From the NCBI RefSeq assembly GCF_000195975.1, contig NC_005070.1:420001-452000 (forward strand): a stretch of DNA of 32,000 bases, read 5' to 3'. The notes beneath the pieces are model-generated. The model searched no databases. It saw nothing but the letters and a program-made list of their open reading frames with translations, and was not told the DNA's origin. The position numbers and the translations under genes are program-made. Below are positions 17,104 through 25,642 of the stretch, in pieces. Positions within the stretch are counted from its first letter, which is position 1; the number at the start of each line of letters is the position of its first letter. Source of the stretch: Parasynechococcus marenigrum WH 8102 (lineage in GTDB: Bacteria > Cyanobacteriota > Cyanobacteriia > PCC-6307 > Cyanobiaceae).

Positions 17104-18288
17104 ATGCGAGTAACAAGAAAAATCTCAAACAAATTATTTCTCATTTACATCCATTCCAACTTTTTGACGCCAGGCTCAATCAATGTTTCCCCTTTATATC
17201 AGCCTTTGCTTAACCAACTACGTGATGATGGATATACTTTTTTTTATTGGTATAGGCAAACATCATTACTTAATAAGAATTCAGCCAGATATTCCCCTTG
17301 GTCTGCAGCTATTCATGATGTCGCCGTAACACTAGATGCCTACGCTAATAAAATATTTAATAGTATTTTGCCAATATCTTTTCATTTTTCCTTCTTTGAA
17401 CGCTTTCTTTGGTTTGCTATTCTCCTCTTTCTAAGACCTTCGTTCGTCGTAGGTATCGAACCCTCTCAGGAGTTATGTTATATTGCCCGATTATTAAATA
17501 TTTCATGTATTGACGTTGAACACGGGCTTAGATCTCCGGATACTTATTATTATAGATCCAGCTATCGCTATACATCTTCAGGATACCCTAGATTTTTGCT
17601 TTATACCAACATTGCCGACTCCCGACTGCTTGAAGGATTACTTCCATCTTATAGTTTGACCTTGAGTGCACCATGCATGGAGTTTTTATATGAATATAAT
17701 AATATTACAACCAGAGTTCAGGAAAAATCAAAGTCTAACTCTCTTTCTATACTTTTCCTTTCTCAATACTTAAAACGAGGCAGTGAACTTGCTCATCCAC
17801 TGCCAAAAGAAATGCTTTTATCTCTCAAATCTATTGATATACCAGTCATACTCAAAATTAGGCTTCACCCAAAACTTATAGTTAATCAAGAAACGGTGCA
17901 AAAATTAGAGCATTCTTTTAATAAACAGATAAACTTTTGCTGCGCTAATGTCACAGCAGAATTTTCTTGCGCAAAAAGATCTTCAATATTTGAAGACTTG
18001 CTTGATTCAAGTGGCTTGATAACACTTGCTAGTTCAGGTTATCGTTACGCGCAACTATTGTCAATACCTATTATGATCTACTCTGAATTGCTTAATGATT
18101 TTGATAATTGTGACCATGATAATGGATTGTACGGGTTTACAGATAATCCAACTTTGGATGAGTGGAAAGGGTTTATTACAGCATGCGCTACTTTCATGCC
18201 AATTAATATAAATCAATTGCGCAACATAAAAGAAATTCATGAAAAAAGGTTGACAAGTTTAATCTCAACCTTGCGCGAAGCCGCTTAA
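17104..18288 (+). CDS. Hypothetical protein; possible GT-B-like / capsule-polysaccharide-biosynthesis-like protein
   Basis: 394-aa ORF. The segment SILFLSQYLKRG...PVILKIRLHPK and the later LITLASSGYRYAQLLSIPIMIY resemble the C-terminal half of KpsS/LpsZ-type capsule proteins and GT-B transferases. The evidence is weak and motif-level. Confidence 0.4.
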   Translation: MRVTRKISNKLFLIYIHSNFLTPGSINVSPLYQPLLNQLRDDGYTFFYWYRQTSLLNKNSARYSPWSAAIHDVAVTLDAYANKIFNSILPISFHFSFFERFLWFAILLFLRPSFVVGIEPSQELCYIARLLNISCIDVEHGLRSPDTYYYRSSYRYTSSGYPRFLLYTNIADSRLLEGLLPSYSLTLSAPCMEFLYEYNNITTRVQEKSKSNSLSILFLSQYLKRGSELAHPLPKEMLLSLKSIDIPVILKIRLHPKLIVNQETVQKLEHSFNKQINFCCANVTAEFSCAKRSSIFEDLLDSSGLITLASSGYRYAQLLSIPIMIYSELLNDFDNCDHDNGLYGFTDNPTLDEWKGFITACATFMPININQLRNIKEIHEKRLTSLISTLREAA

Positions 18289-18328
18289 ATCTTATGTTAA
18301 AATTATCCTACTTCCTCTAGATCTTTTG

Positions 18329-19429
18329 ATGCAGCCAAAATTTTGTACTCGATGTCTTGCTATGTCTACGAGACCACGCATTACTTTTAATAGGGATGGG
18401 GTATGTAATGCTTGTTTGTGGCAAGAACAAAAGTCATCTGTTGATTGGGATGATAGAAACTCAAAGCTTCTTTCTCTTCTAGATTCTCATCGATCTAAAA
18501 ATAATTCATATGATGTTATTGTTCCTGTAAGTGGTGGCAAAGACGGAAGTTATGTAGCTTACAACCTTAAACATAAGTTCAACATGAATCCTCTGTGTGT
18601 TACCGTAACTCCACCTTTAGAAACACAACTTGGTGCTCAGAATCTTAAGAACTTTATTAAATCTGGTTACGATCAAGTTTCCATAAATATCAATCCTGAA
18701 ACCATTCGCAACATTAATCGTGCGGGCTTTGTTCATCATGGTTTTCCATATTTTGGATGGCTGGTTGCCATCGTGACTTCAGTTACAAGAGTCGCTCAAC
18801 AAATGAATGTACCACTGATAATGTATGGTGAGGATGCTGAAATGGAATACGGAGGTAGCTCTGAAAAGGCAAATCTTACTACTTTCGGTATTGAATATAT
18901 GAAACGTGTCGGATTTGAGGCAGGCTATGAAAAAGTATTCTCTACGCTTGATTTATCAGACTCTGATCTTTACTGGTTGACTTTCGCTGAACAGGATAAG
19001 ACTCAAGTATTGTTCTCTCACTGGTCATACTTCGAAAATTGGGATCCTTACCGGAACTATTTAGTAGCTAAAAAGCAATGTGGTCTTCAGGAAGCTGACG
19101 ACACTAACTTCGGTACGTTTACTAACTTTGCCCAAAATGATCAGTATCTTTATGTTCTTCATACCTATTTGATGTATCTCAAATTTGGATTTGGTCGTTC
19201 AAACCAAGATGCTTGCATAGAAATAAGACGTGGTGCAATGAAAAGAGAGCAGGCTATAAATCTTGTACGTCTATATGATGGCCAGTTTCCTGATGAATTT
19301 CTTCAAATGTATTTAGAGTATTATCAAATGTCAGAAGCAGAATTTAATGCAACATTAGCTCGTTGGGTGAATAAGGATCTTTTTGAACTAAAGGATGGCT
19401 TATGGTCCCCAACTTTTACTATACAGTAA
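18329..19429 (+). CDS. N-acetyl sugar amidotransferase (WbuX/WbpG/PseA family, PP-loop ATP pyrophosphatase)
   Basis: N-terminal Cys pairs CTRC...CNAC form a zinc-ribbon-like element, and the PP-loop is VPVSGGKDGSYVA (SGGxDS type). The length (~365 aa) and the neighbouring HisH/HisF-like pair are typical of this family. The track start is a TTG at 18326, and an ATG follows at 18329. Confidence 0.85.
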   Translation: MQPKFCTRCLAMSTRPRITFNRDGVCNACLWQEQKSSVDWDDRNSKLLSLLDSHRSKNNSYDVIVPVSGGKDGSYVAYNLKHKFNMNPLCVTVTPPLETQLGAQNLKNFIKSGYDQVSININPETIRNINRAGFVHHGFPYFGWLVAIVTSVTRVAQQMNVPLIMYGEDAEMEYGGSSEKANLTTFGIEYMKRVGFEAGYEKVFSTLDLSDSDLYWLTFAEQDKTQVLFSHWSYFENWDPYRNYLVAKKQCGLQEADDTNFGTFTNFAQNDQYLYVLHTYLMYLKFGFGRSNQDACIEIRRGAMKREQAINLVRLYDGQFPDEFLQMYLEYYQMSEAEFNATLARWVNKDLFELKDGLWSPTFTIQ

Positions 19430-19438
19430 TTTATTAAT

Positions 19439-20071
19439 ATGTCAAAAATTGCAATTGTTGATTATGGAATGTGTAATCTTTGGTCCATTAAGTCTGCCAT
19501 TCAATTCATAGGTTATGATTCGATTTTGACTTCTGATCCCAAAGATATTTTAAACTCGTCTGCTATAATATTACCTGGTGTTGGTTCATTTAAGACTGGA
19601 ATGGATAATCTTTTATCTTTAGGTCTATCACAAGCAATTATTGATGCTTGTATGTTTAGGTCAATTCCAATCTTAGGAATATGCTTAGGTTTTCAATTAT
19701 TGTGCTGTAGCAGTGAAGAGCCTTCGTATACGAAAGGGCTTTCACTATTACCAATCCAGATTGTTCCACTGTGCCGACATATTGATGCTTCATTTGTTCT
19801 TCCACATGTAGGTTTTACTTCAGTTTATACATCAAAGAATGATCCTCTCTTCAAGAATATTGCTAACAAATCAGATTTTTATTTTGTTCATTCATATGGG
19901 GCGTTTAATGTTCCCCATGACTTTACTACCTACTCATATTGTAATTATGATGCAAAAATCATCTCTTCAGCCAATGTTAATCACATAATGGGTGTTCAGT
20001 TTCATCCCGAAAAGAGTCAGACCAATGGCCTTATTCTATTAGATAACTTCTTGTCTTTTTCCAATGTCTAA
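19439..20071 (+). CDS. HisH-like class I glutamine amidotransferase (WbuY-type, glycosyl amidation-associated)
   Basis: IAIVDYGMCNLWSI, ILPGVGSF, nucleophile elbow ILGICLGFQLL and GVQFHPEKS (the His/Glu of the triad). Confidence 0.85.
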   Translation: MSKIAIVDYGMCNLWSIKSAIQFIGYDSILTSDPKDILNSSAIILPGVGSFKTGMDNLLSLGLSQAIIDACMFRSIPILGICLGFQLLCCSSEEPSYTKGLSLLPIQIVPLCRHIDASFVLPHVGFTSVYTSKNDPLFKNIANKSDFYFVHSYGAFNVPHDFTTYSYCNYDAKIISSANVNHIMGVQFHPEKSQTNGLILLDNFLSFSNV

Positions 20072-20873
20072 AAAGCGTATTATCTTTGTTCTTCTTTATT
20101 GTGATGGTTTCTTTTGTTTAAGTAGAAACTTTAAGCTTCAACGCATAGGGGATTTTCGATGGCTCCAGCGCAACTATAATTTCAATTATTCAGCCACTTT
20201 TATTGACGAGCTTATCATTCTTGACATCTCAAGAAAGTCTCGAGATATAAATAAGTTTGCCACCCTATTGTATAATTTGTCCGAAAATATATTTGTTCCC
20301 ATTACTGCAGGTGGCGGTATAAGATCCTTCGAAGATGCCAAAGTTTTATTTGAAAATGGTGCTGATAAGGTCTGCTTAAATACTTCATTAATTCAATGCC
20401 CTCATGTTTCCGAGAAAATCTCTTCTGTTTATGGGCAGCAGTCTTTAGTGGCATCTATTGACTTTAAGCATGATCATGGCGATTTTAAGTTTTTTATTGA
20501 CAATGGTTTGATAGAAGTCCAGTACAATATACAAGAGCTAATATCTTTCCTAGATCCATTACCATTTTGTGAGATCCTTCTACAATCTGTTGATAGGGAT
20601 GGAACTGGTACAGGTTTTGATCTTACCTTAGCAAATACATTTAGAGATCAGTTGTCTAAACCAATTATATTGCTTGGTGGAGCAGGCCACTCTGATCACC
20701 TTGTTGAGGGTTTACTACATCAGTCAACAGATGCCGTTGCCACAGCTCATCTATTGAATTTTGTTGGCGATGGTCTCAAACTATCTCGTGAACAGGCTCA
20801 GAGACATTCTGAAGTTAGCTTGGCGAGATGGCCATTACTTAGCTCTACTTCTTTCTCCACTACTAAGCACTAG
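20064..20873 (+). CDS. HisF-like cyclase subunit (WbuZ-type, glycosyl amidation-associated)
   Basis: The (beta/alpha)8 HisF pattern is present: DELIILDI, ITAGGGIRS, GADKVCLNT, VASIDF, SVDRDGTGTGFD and LLGGAG. It overlaps the hisH-like gene by 8 nt. Confidence 0.8.
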   Translation: MSKKRIIFVLLYCDGFFCLSRNFKLQRIGDFRWLQRNYNFNYSATFIDELIILDISRKSRDINKFATLLYNLSENIFVPITAGGGIRSFEDAKVLFENGADKVCLNTSLIQCPHVSEKISSVYGQQSLVASIDFKHDHGDFKFFIDNGLIEVQYNIQELISFLDPLPFCEILLQSVDRDGTGTGFDLTLANTFRDQLSKPIILLGGAGHSDHLVEGLLHQSTDAVATAHLLNFVGDGLKLSREQAQRHSEVSLARWPLLSSTSFSTTKH

Positions 20874-20875
20874 TT

Positions 20876-21826
20876 ATGTCAAGCATTGATCTACGTCTTA
20901 ACTCATCTTCAGACAATTGGCTAATCACCTTAGCTATAGGATCTGAGTACTTAAGGAGATTTGACACGTTTATTTACCCCCTTGTTAAGCAATATTGTAT
21001 TTTTCATCATCTCGGTCTTGCCGTTATTGTTGACGATATAACTGCTGATTGCCCTACTAATTGCATCGGCAAAAAAAAGACTTGGCAGAAATTTCTTGCT
21101 CCACATGCTCTATCATCAATTTTATCTAAAAATATAAACGTCTGTTATTTCGACTCTGACATCTTATTTAACCCCTATGGTAAAAATATATTTAATACTT
21201 ATGACTTTAATTCGCTTGGTATAGTTAGTCAGCTAAATGGCTTGCCTGGAGATGATTTATTGGCGAGAAAAATAATGAGCTTTCATAGACATCATGATTA
21301 TTCTGATTCCTACCCTCTTGATTCCGCTATTTTTATGAGCATTAAGGACTATTATACTTACCATAATTATGAACCTTATGACGATGTTTCTTGTGCAGGG
21401 CTATTTGTTTGCAATTCTTTTCTTCATTCTCAAGGGCTTCGAGAGATATACATAAAGTATGATGATTCTATCAAATCAATTACAGATAGTGGAGATGAAC
21501 CCGCTTTTAACTTTGAGATCAGGAATAATTTTAATTGCCAAATTTTACCATATGAGTTTCAGGCTATATGGAACTATGAAATGGCATGGAACTATCGCCA
21601 TCTTTATCTTCGTAAAGATACTATCGATGAATCGGTTATTGCATCGGTTGTAAGTTGTTTGTCCAAGTACACCGCTTTACACTTTGCTGGCTCTTGGTAT
21701 GAATCTAAACTTTGCTATGATTTGAGAATTGTAGATATATTATTGGGTTCTGATTTCAAAAAATTTAGTGATTACCTTTCTGTACAGCCATCGGGTATAC
21801 CTGTCGGCCGCATTCTTCCGTGTTAG
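20876..21826 (+). CDS. Putative GT-A fold glycosyltransferase (GT8-like, DxD)
   Basis: VCYFDSDILFNP contains a DSD (DxD) motif in the context typical of GT8 or nucleotide-diphospho-sugar transferases. There is no TM segment. It starts 2 nt after the hisF-like stop. Confidence 0.5.
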   Translation: MSSIDLRLNSSSDNWLITLAIGSEYLRRFDTFIYPLVKQYCIFHHLGLAVIVDDITADCPTNCIGKKKTWQKFLAPHALSSILSKNINVCYFDSDILFNPYGKNIFNTYDFNSLGIVSQLNGLPGDDLLARKIMSFHRHHDYSDSYPLDSAIFMSIKDYYTYHNYEPYDDVSCAGLFVCNSFLHSQGLREIYIKYDDSIKSITDSGDEPAFNFEIRNNFNCQILPYEFQAIWNYEMAWNYRHLYLRKDTIDESVIASVVSCLSKYTALHFAGSWYESKLCYDLRIVDILLGSDFKKFSDYLSVQPSGIPVGRILPC

Positions 21827-21901
21827 ATTTAACTATTAATCGTAATCTGATTTTTCAAAGAAATATATATAGTTCGTGATTTATAAAAAATTAATTTTGC
21901 T

Positions 21902-22885
21902 CTATTTAGCCAATGGATTTTTTGGCATCTTTTTTTCGTTATTCCACCAATCATTTGTGTCCCACCTTTTTAACCGATATCTTCCTTGATCCATATGTGC
22001 TTCACCCCAATCTGTTGTTAGTCCAAACGTGATTTTATTCTCTTGCATTAATCTGATTGTCTCTTCATCAAAACTTCCGTAAGGATATGAATACCAATCC
22101 CTGACAATATATTCCCTAATCACATTTTCTAGTGCTTTGATTGATAGTTCTATATCTTGACTTTGAATCTTTTCGTTTTGGGTACCTAACCACACGTGAT
22201 TGTATCCGTGAGGGCCCATTGCATGCCCATCGACAGATAGTTTTTCTATATCTGTGTTCTTCATGTATAAAGTTTTCATTTCATGAAGATCTAACTCATC
22301 GCCAAGTTTGTTAAATAACTCATTGATTGCATATGCCCTTTCCGTTGAATCCGTAATGTCTCTTTGCAGCAATCTTTTGATTGCTAGTGTGTACCCATTG
22401 TCAAAACCATTGTCGTTGATTAATTCTTGGATGTAATTTTCTATTGACACATACTCTTTGCATGCTTTATCCTGTGTCCTTATTTTCATTTTCTCTTTCC
22501 TGATTGTTGTCTCAAGCCTTGATAGTAATTTTTCACAACTTATACCGCTATAAGTTAATAGATGAATTCTATTGACTTCTAATTCTTTTCCTTCAATGAC
22601 CTTGCCTGGGATGAAAAATAATCCCCTTACTCCGTAGCATTTTAAAATCTGAGATGCTACAACATGATCTTTGTATCCATCGTCGAATGTAAATATTACA
22701 CCTTTGTTCTTGTTGGATTTTAGGCAATCTTGCACCTTTTCGATATCATTAGGATCTATAATGTCAAAATTTTTGTTTAAGTATTCAACTTGCATTATAA
22801 ATTCTTCCACTGTTCTTGCGTATGGTTTGAATGTGCTATGATTGCTATTTCTGATGTAGTGGTATGTAATAAAGGAGATTGACAT
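21902..22885 (-). CDS. Polysaccharide deacetylase (NodB-homology domain)
   Basis: ITYHYI...F..QVEYLNKNFDII then GVIFTFDDGYKDH (TFDDG motif) and later His residues (GPHGYNHVW). It is the only minus-strand gene inside the low-GC block. Confidence 0.75.
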   Translation of the reverse strand: MSISFITYHYIRNSNHSTFKPYARTVEEFIMQVEYLNKNFDIIDPNDIEKVQDCLKSNKNKGVIFTFDDGYKDHVVASQILKCYGVRGLFFIPGKVIEGKELEVNRIHLLTYSGISCEKLLSRLETTIRKEKMKIRTQDKACKEYVSIENYIQELINDNGFDNGYTLAIKRLLQRDITDSTERAYAINELFNKLGDELDLHEMKTLYMKNTDIEKLSVDGHAMGPHGYNHVWLGTQNEKIQSQDIELSIKALENVIREYIVRDWYSYPYGSFDEETIRLMQENKITFGLTTDWGEAHMDQGRYRLKRWDTNDWWNNEKKMPKNPLAK

Positions 22886-23029
22886 GCGTAATGCGTTTTA
22901 TTTATTTTACCATATTTCTTTTACCCTCATGGTCTACCCATTTGAAATCAGATGTTAAATACATCTTAATTGACTTTCGTTAATTTATCTCCGAGCCACC
23001 ATTTCTCTTGCAACACACTCTGATTTATT
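22886..23029. promoter_or_regulatory. Divergent AT-rich spacer between the deacetylase gene (minus) and the methyltransferase-ACP cassette (plus); presumed promoters
   Basis: Inferred from arrangement only. No elements were identified with confidence. Confidence 0.25.
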
Positions 23030-23929
23030 ATGAACAATTTTGTTTCAGAGCTCCAGTCTTACTTTGCTTCAAAGTATCCATTTCTTTCAGCAAATATTCC
23101 GCGTCAACAACAGCTTCTAGGTGATTCTTGGTCCCAGGAATTTGATGGTGAATTAATCAAACATTTTGGAACTATCGAGGAGTTGCGAACCGCCGCAGAT
23201 GGATATGCCAAATTTGCTATGGATTCTCTTCTTTTGACTGCAAAGTTTCAAAAGACTAAGGACTATGATAATAAGACTTACGCCGAATGTGCCTCAGAAG
23301 TCTACCAATCTGAGTCGTATATGCATTCCTTATATCTTCCTGGAATCCTGCTTTCTCACTATTTATGGAAGCATCATTATGCTATGTATCAATTCTATAA
23401 ATCAATAGTTGTCCCAGTGTTACCTAAGTCTGGACTATTCATTGATGTTGGAGTCGGTACTGGTTTTTATTCACGTAATCTTTTACGTGATTCCCAAATG
23501 ACTGGTATTGGTTGTGATATGAGCCCTCATTCACTTTCATATACTCGATCTACTCTAAGTAAGTTCGGTACAGTCGATAAATATTCCTTTTGCTTATGTG
23601 ATTATTATCATTTCAACCAATATTTTCAATCTACTGCTGATTTCATACTTAGTATTGAGGTACTTGAACATCTTGAAGATCCTATGAAAATGCTTGAATC
23701 GCTCTACAAATCTTTGAAGCCTGGCGGGCTTGGACTTATCTCAGCTGCTGTTAATGCACCAAATGCTGACCATATTTATTTGTATAGGTCCTGCGAAGAT
23801 GTTAGACATCAATTAATCAAGGCTGGATTTGAAATTCGTCATGATACCTGTGACGAAGCTTATGAGGCTCGAACCATCGGTGAGGTCGTTCCAGTAAACT
23901 ACGGTGCGCTTGTGTGCAAGCCTTCCTGA
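23030..23929 (+). CDS. Class I SAM-dependent methyltransferase
   Basis: Motif I FIDVGVGTGFYS, then DFILSIEVLEHLEDP and LKPGGLGLIS. It has a ~130-aa N-terminal extension. Confidence 0.75.
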   Translation: MNNFVSELQSYFASKYPFLSANIPRQQQLLGDSWSQEFDGELIKHFGTIEELRTAADGYAKFAMDSLLLTAKFQKTKDYDNKTYAECASEVYQSESYMHSLYLPGILLSHYLWKHHYAMYQFYKSIVVPVLPKSGLFIDVGVGTGFYSRNLLRDSQMTGIGCDMSPHSLSYTRSTLSKFGTVDKYSFCLCDYYHFNQYFQSTADFILSIEVLEHLEDPMKMLESLYKSLKPGGLGLISAAVNAPNADHIYLYRSCEDVRHQLIKAGFEIRHDTCDEAYEARTIGEVVPVNYGALVCKPS

Positions 23930-24178
23930 TTGACTGTTATGACTGAGAACGAATTGATCTCCTTCCTGCAGCCTCACTATCGCGAGATATTGGGTGCTCC
24001 TGATCTAGTACTGACAAGATCGCTTAGTGCAAATGATGTTGAATCATGGGATTCGCTTAACCACATTCTACTGATTGTTAAATGTCAAGAACTCTTTGAT
24101 ATTACATTTACGGCTGATGAGCTTGTCTCACTCCAAAATTTTGGAGAGTTTATAGACTTAATGCTTCCCAAAATATGA
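23930..24178 (+). CDS. Acyl carrier protein-like protein
   Basis: About 80 aa with the phosphopantetheine attachment context VESWDSLNHILLI (DSL). An alternative ATG start lies at 23939. Its stop overlaps the ATG at 24175 of the next gene (ATGA). Confidence 0.7.
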   Translation: MTVMTENELISFLQPHYREILGAPDLVLTRSLSANDVESWDSLNHILLIVKCQELFDITFTADELVSLQNFGEFIDLMLPKI

Positions 24179-24566
24179 GAAATTTTAAGTGGCAGCATGT
24201 ATTCACCGACTTTGACTTAATTCTTTTGTGCAGTTAAGCACAGATTGTGCATATTTTCATGTTTCTGATGCTGTAGCTCAAAATTATGGCTTTTCTCGTC
24301 GTATCTGCCATGGAGTAATGACGCTAATGCCATTTTCTCGGCATCTAGGTATGGAATATCCCGGTGATTACTTTGTGATTCTAGAGGCATCATCTAAATT
24401 TCGCCATCCAGTTTATACAAATGATGAGCTATTGTACGAGCTTAATGAGATTTTTTTCAACGAATCGCTCGGTGTATCCAAGCTAAAAGGTTCAATTAGT
24501 CACGATACTCTTGTTTTGGTTGATGTTTCTTTTACTTGCAAGCGATTGAATTGTGAAGTTACTTAA
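24175..24566 (+). pseudogene. MaoC-like (hot-dog fold) dehydratase, apparently interrupted by a 1-nt frameshift at a T4 run (24224-24227)
   Basis: The track ORF 24228..24566 begins mid-domain (LSTDCAYFHVSDAVAQNYGFSRRICHGVMT, compared with the family pattern SGDxNPIHxD...A...GF...IAHG). The missing N-terminus (MRNFKWQHVFTDFDLIL...) is encoded from the ATG at 24175 in another frame, which stops at 24235-24237. Adding one T to the run restores a ~130-aa hot-dog protein. Confidence 0.6.
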
Positions 24567-25642
24567 GTTCCCGTCTATTCAGTACAAAACTCTTATCCAG
24601 AGCTTTATTTCCTCGACGCACCATAAGTGCCATCCTCTGTTGTCCGACGAACTTTTTAATTGGTTTTATATAAGATCTGAAATTAATTCTAAGATGTCAT
24701 TTTATATTGCTACTGAAAGTGATGCGTTGGTATCAATACTGGGATTTTATGCCTGCGATTTTTTAATTGATTCACGAATAGTACCGGGATTATGGACTGC
24801 TATGTGGTTCACTCTGCCACAATATAGAAACGGTATTGGAGCTCTATTAATGAAAGAACTAGTGGATACTAATTCGTGTAGTATGTGGCCTAGGCGCATC
24901 AAACATGAATTTACCAATAGCTAAGGCTCTTGGCTATAAAACTGTAGATAAGATATATAATTATACTTTCATTCTCGATCCAAATTCTGTTGGTAATCTT
25001 TTTAACTGGGAGCCATCTTACGCCAGCAAAACCCCCCTTCTTGATATTAAGAACTACAGCAATTTAAAGCCTTTTTGTAATCATACTTCTGTTGGATCTA
25101 CTCGTTTTTCATTTTCTCCAAGCCTCAAGCCTAAGCATAAATCCAATATAATCTTAGAAACATTCAAATCGCGTGATTATATTAAGTGGAGGTATATTGA
25201 CCATCCTTTCTTTGATTATCAGGTCAGTTTTATTACAAATGTCGATGAAAAGGTTATCTTCTATCTTGTGTGGCGTCTTGTAGATTTTAATGGAGCTTCG
25301 CTTTGTCGTGTTGTCGACTGTGATTATATTCCAGACCACACCTCAATCAATATTTTTGCTGGTTGCCTTATTTACGATCTAGTTCTTCACCTTCAGAGTA
25401 TGGATGTGAGTTATATTGATTGCTTTACCAATAATTTATTTTTGTCTCAAGCCCTCTTGAATGTTGGTTTTTTATGTGATGTTGACTCAATTTTTCCAAA
25501 TCTAATTGACCCTCTTGACTTTACACGCCCTAAGCTTAATTGTGAGTATTATGTAGATCCAAACATTTGCTCTTGCCCTACCATGATTAACATGCGTGGT
25601 GATGGCGATCAAGATCGACCTAATCAGAGTATTTTTTCATGA
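24553..25642 (+). pseudogene. GNAT-like acyltransferase split into two ORFs (24553..24924 and 24905..25642) by an apparent +1 frameshift near 24875-24881
   Basis: ORF1 ends just after an acyl-CoA-motif-like PQYRNGIGALLMKELVDTN. The second frame is open from 24863 and continues with VVCGLGASNMNLPIAKALGYKTV, the expected next strand and helix of a GNAT fold. The joined protein would be about 363 aa. Confidence 0.5.

Noticed and set aside
21071-21078. Homopolymer tracts that could act as phase-variation switches. These are A8 in the GT8-like gene (21071-21078), A8 at 13202-13209, T7 at 14321-14327 just after a start codon, and A9 at 10210-10218.
   Set aside because: Runs of 7-9 A or T are expected by composition in ~35% GC DNA, and all but one leave the reading frames intact. 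Without population or read-level length variation there is no evidence of slipped-strand switching. The T4 run at 24224-24227 is reported separately because a frame is actually broken there.
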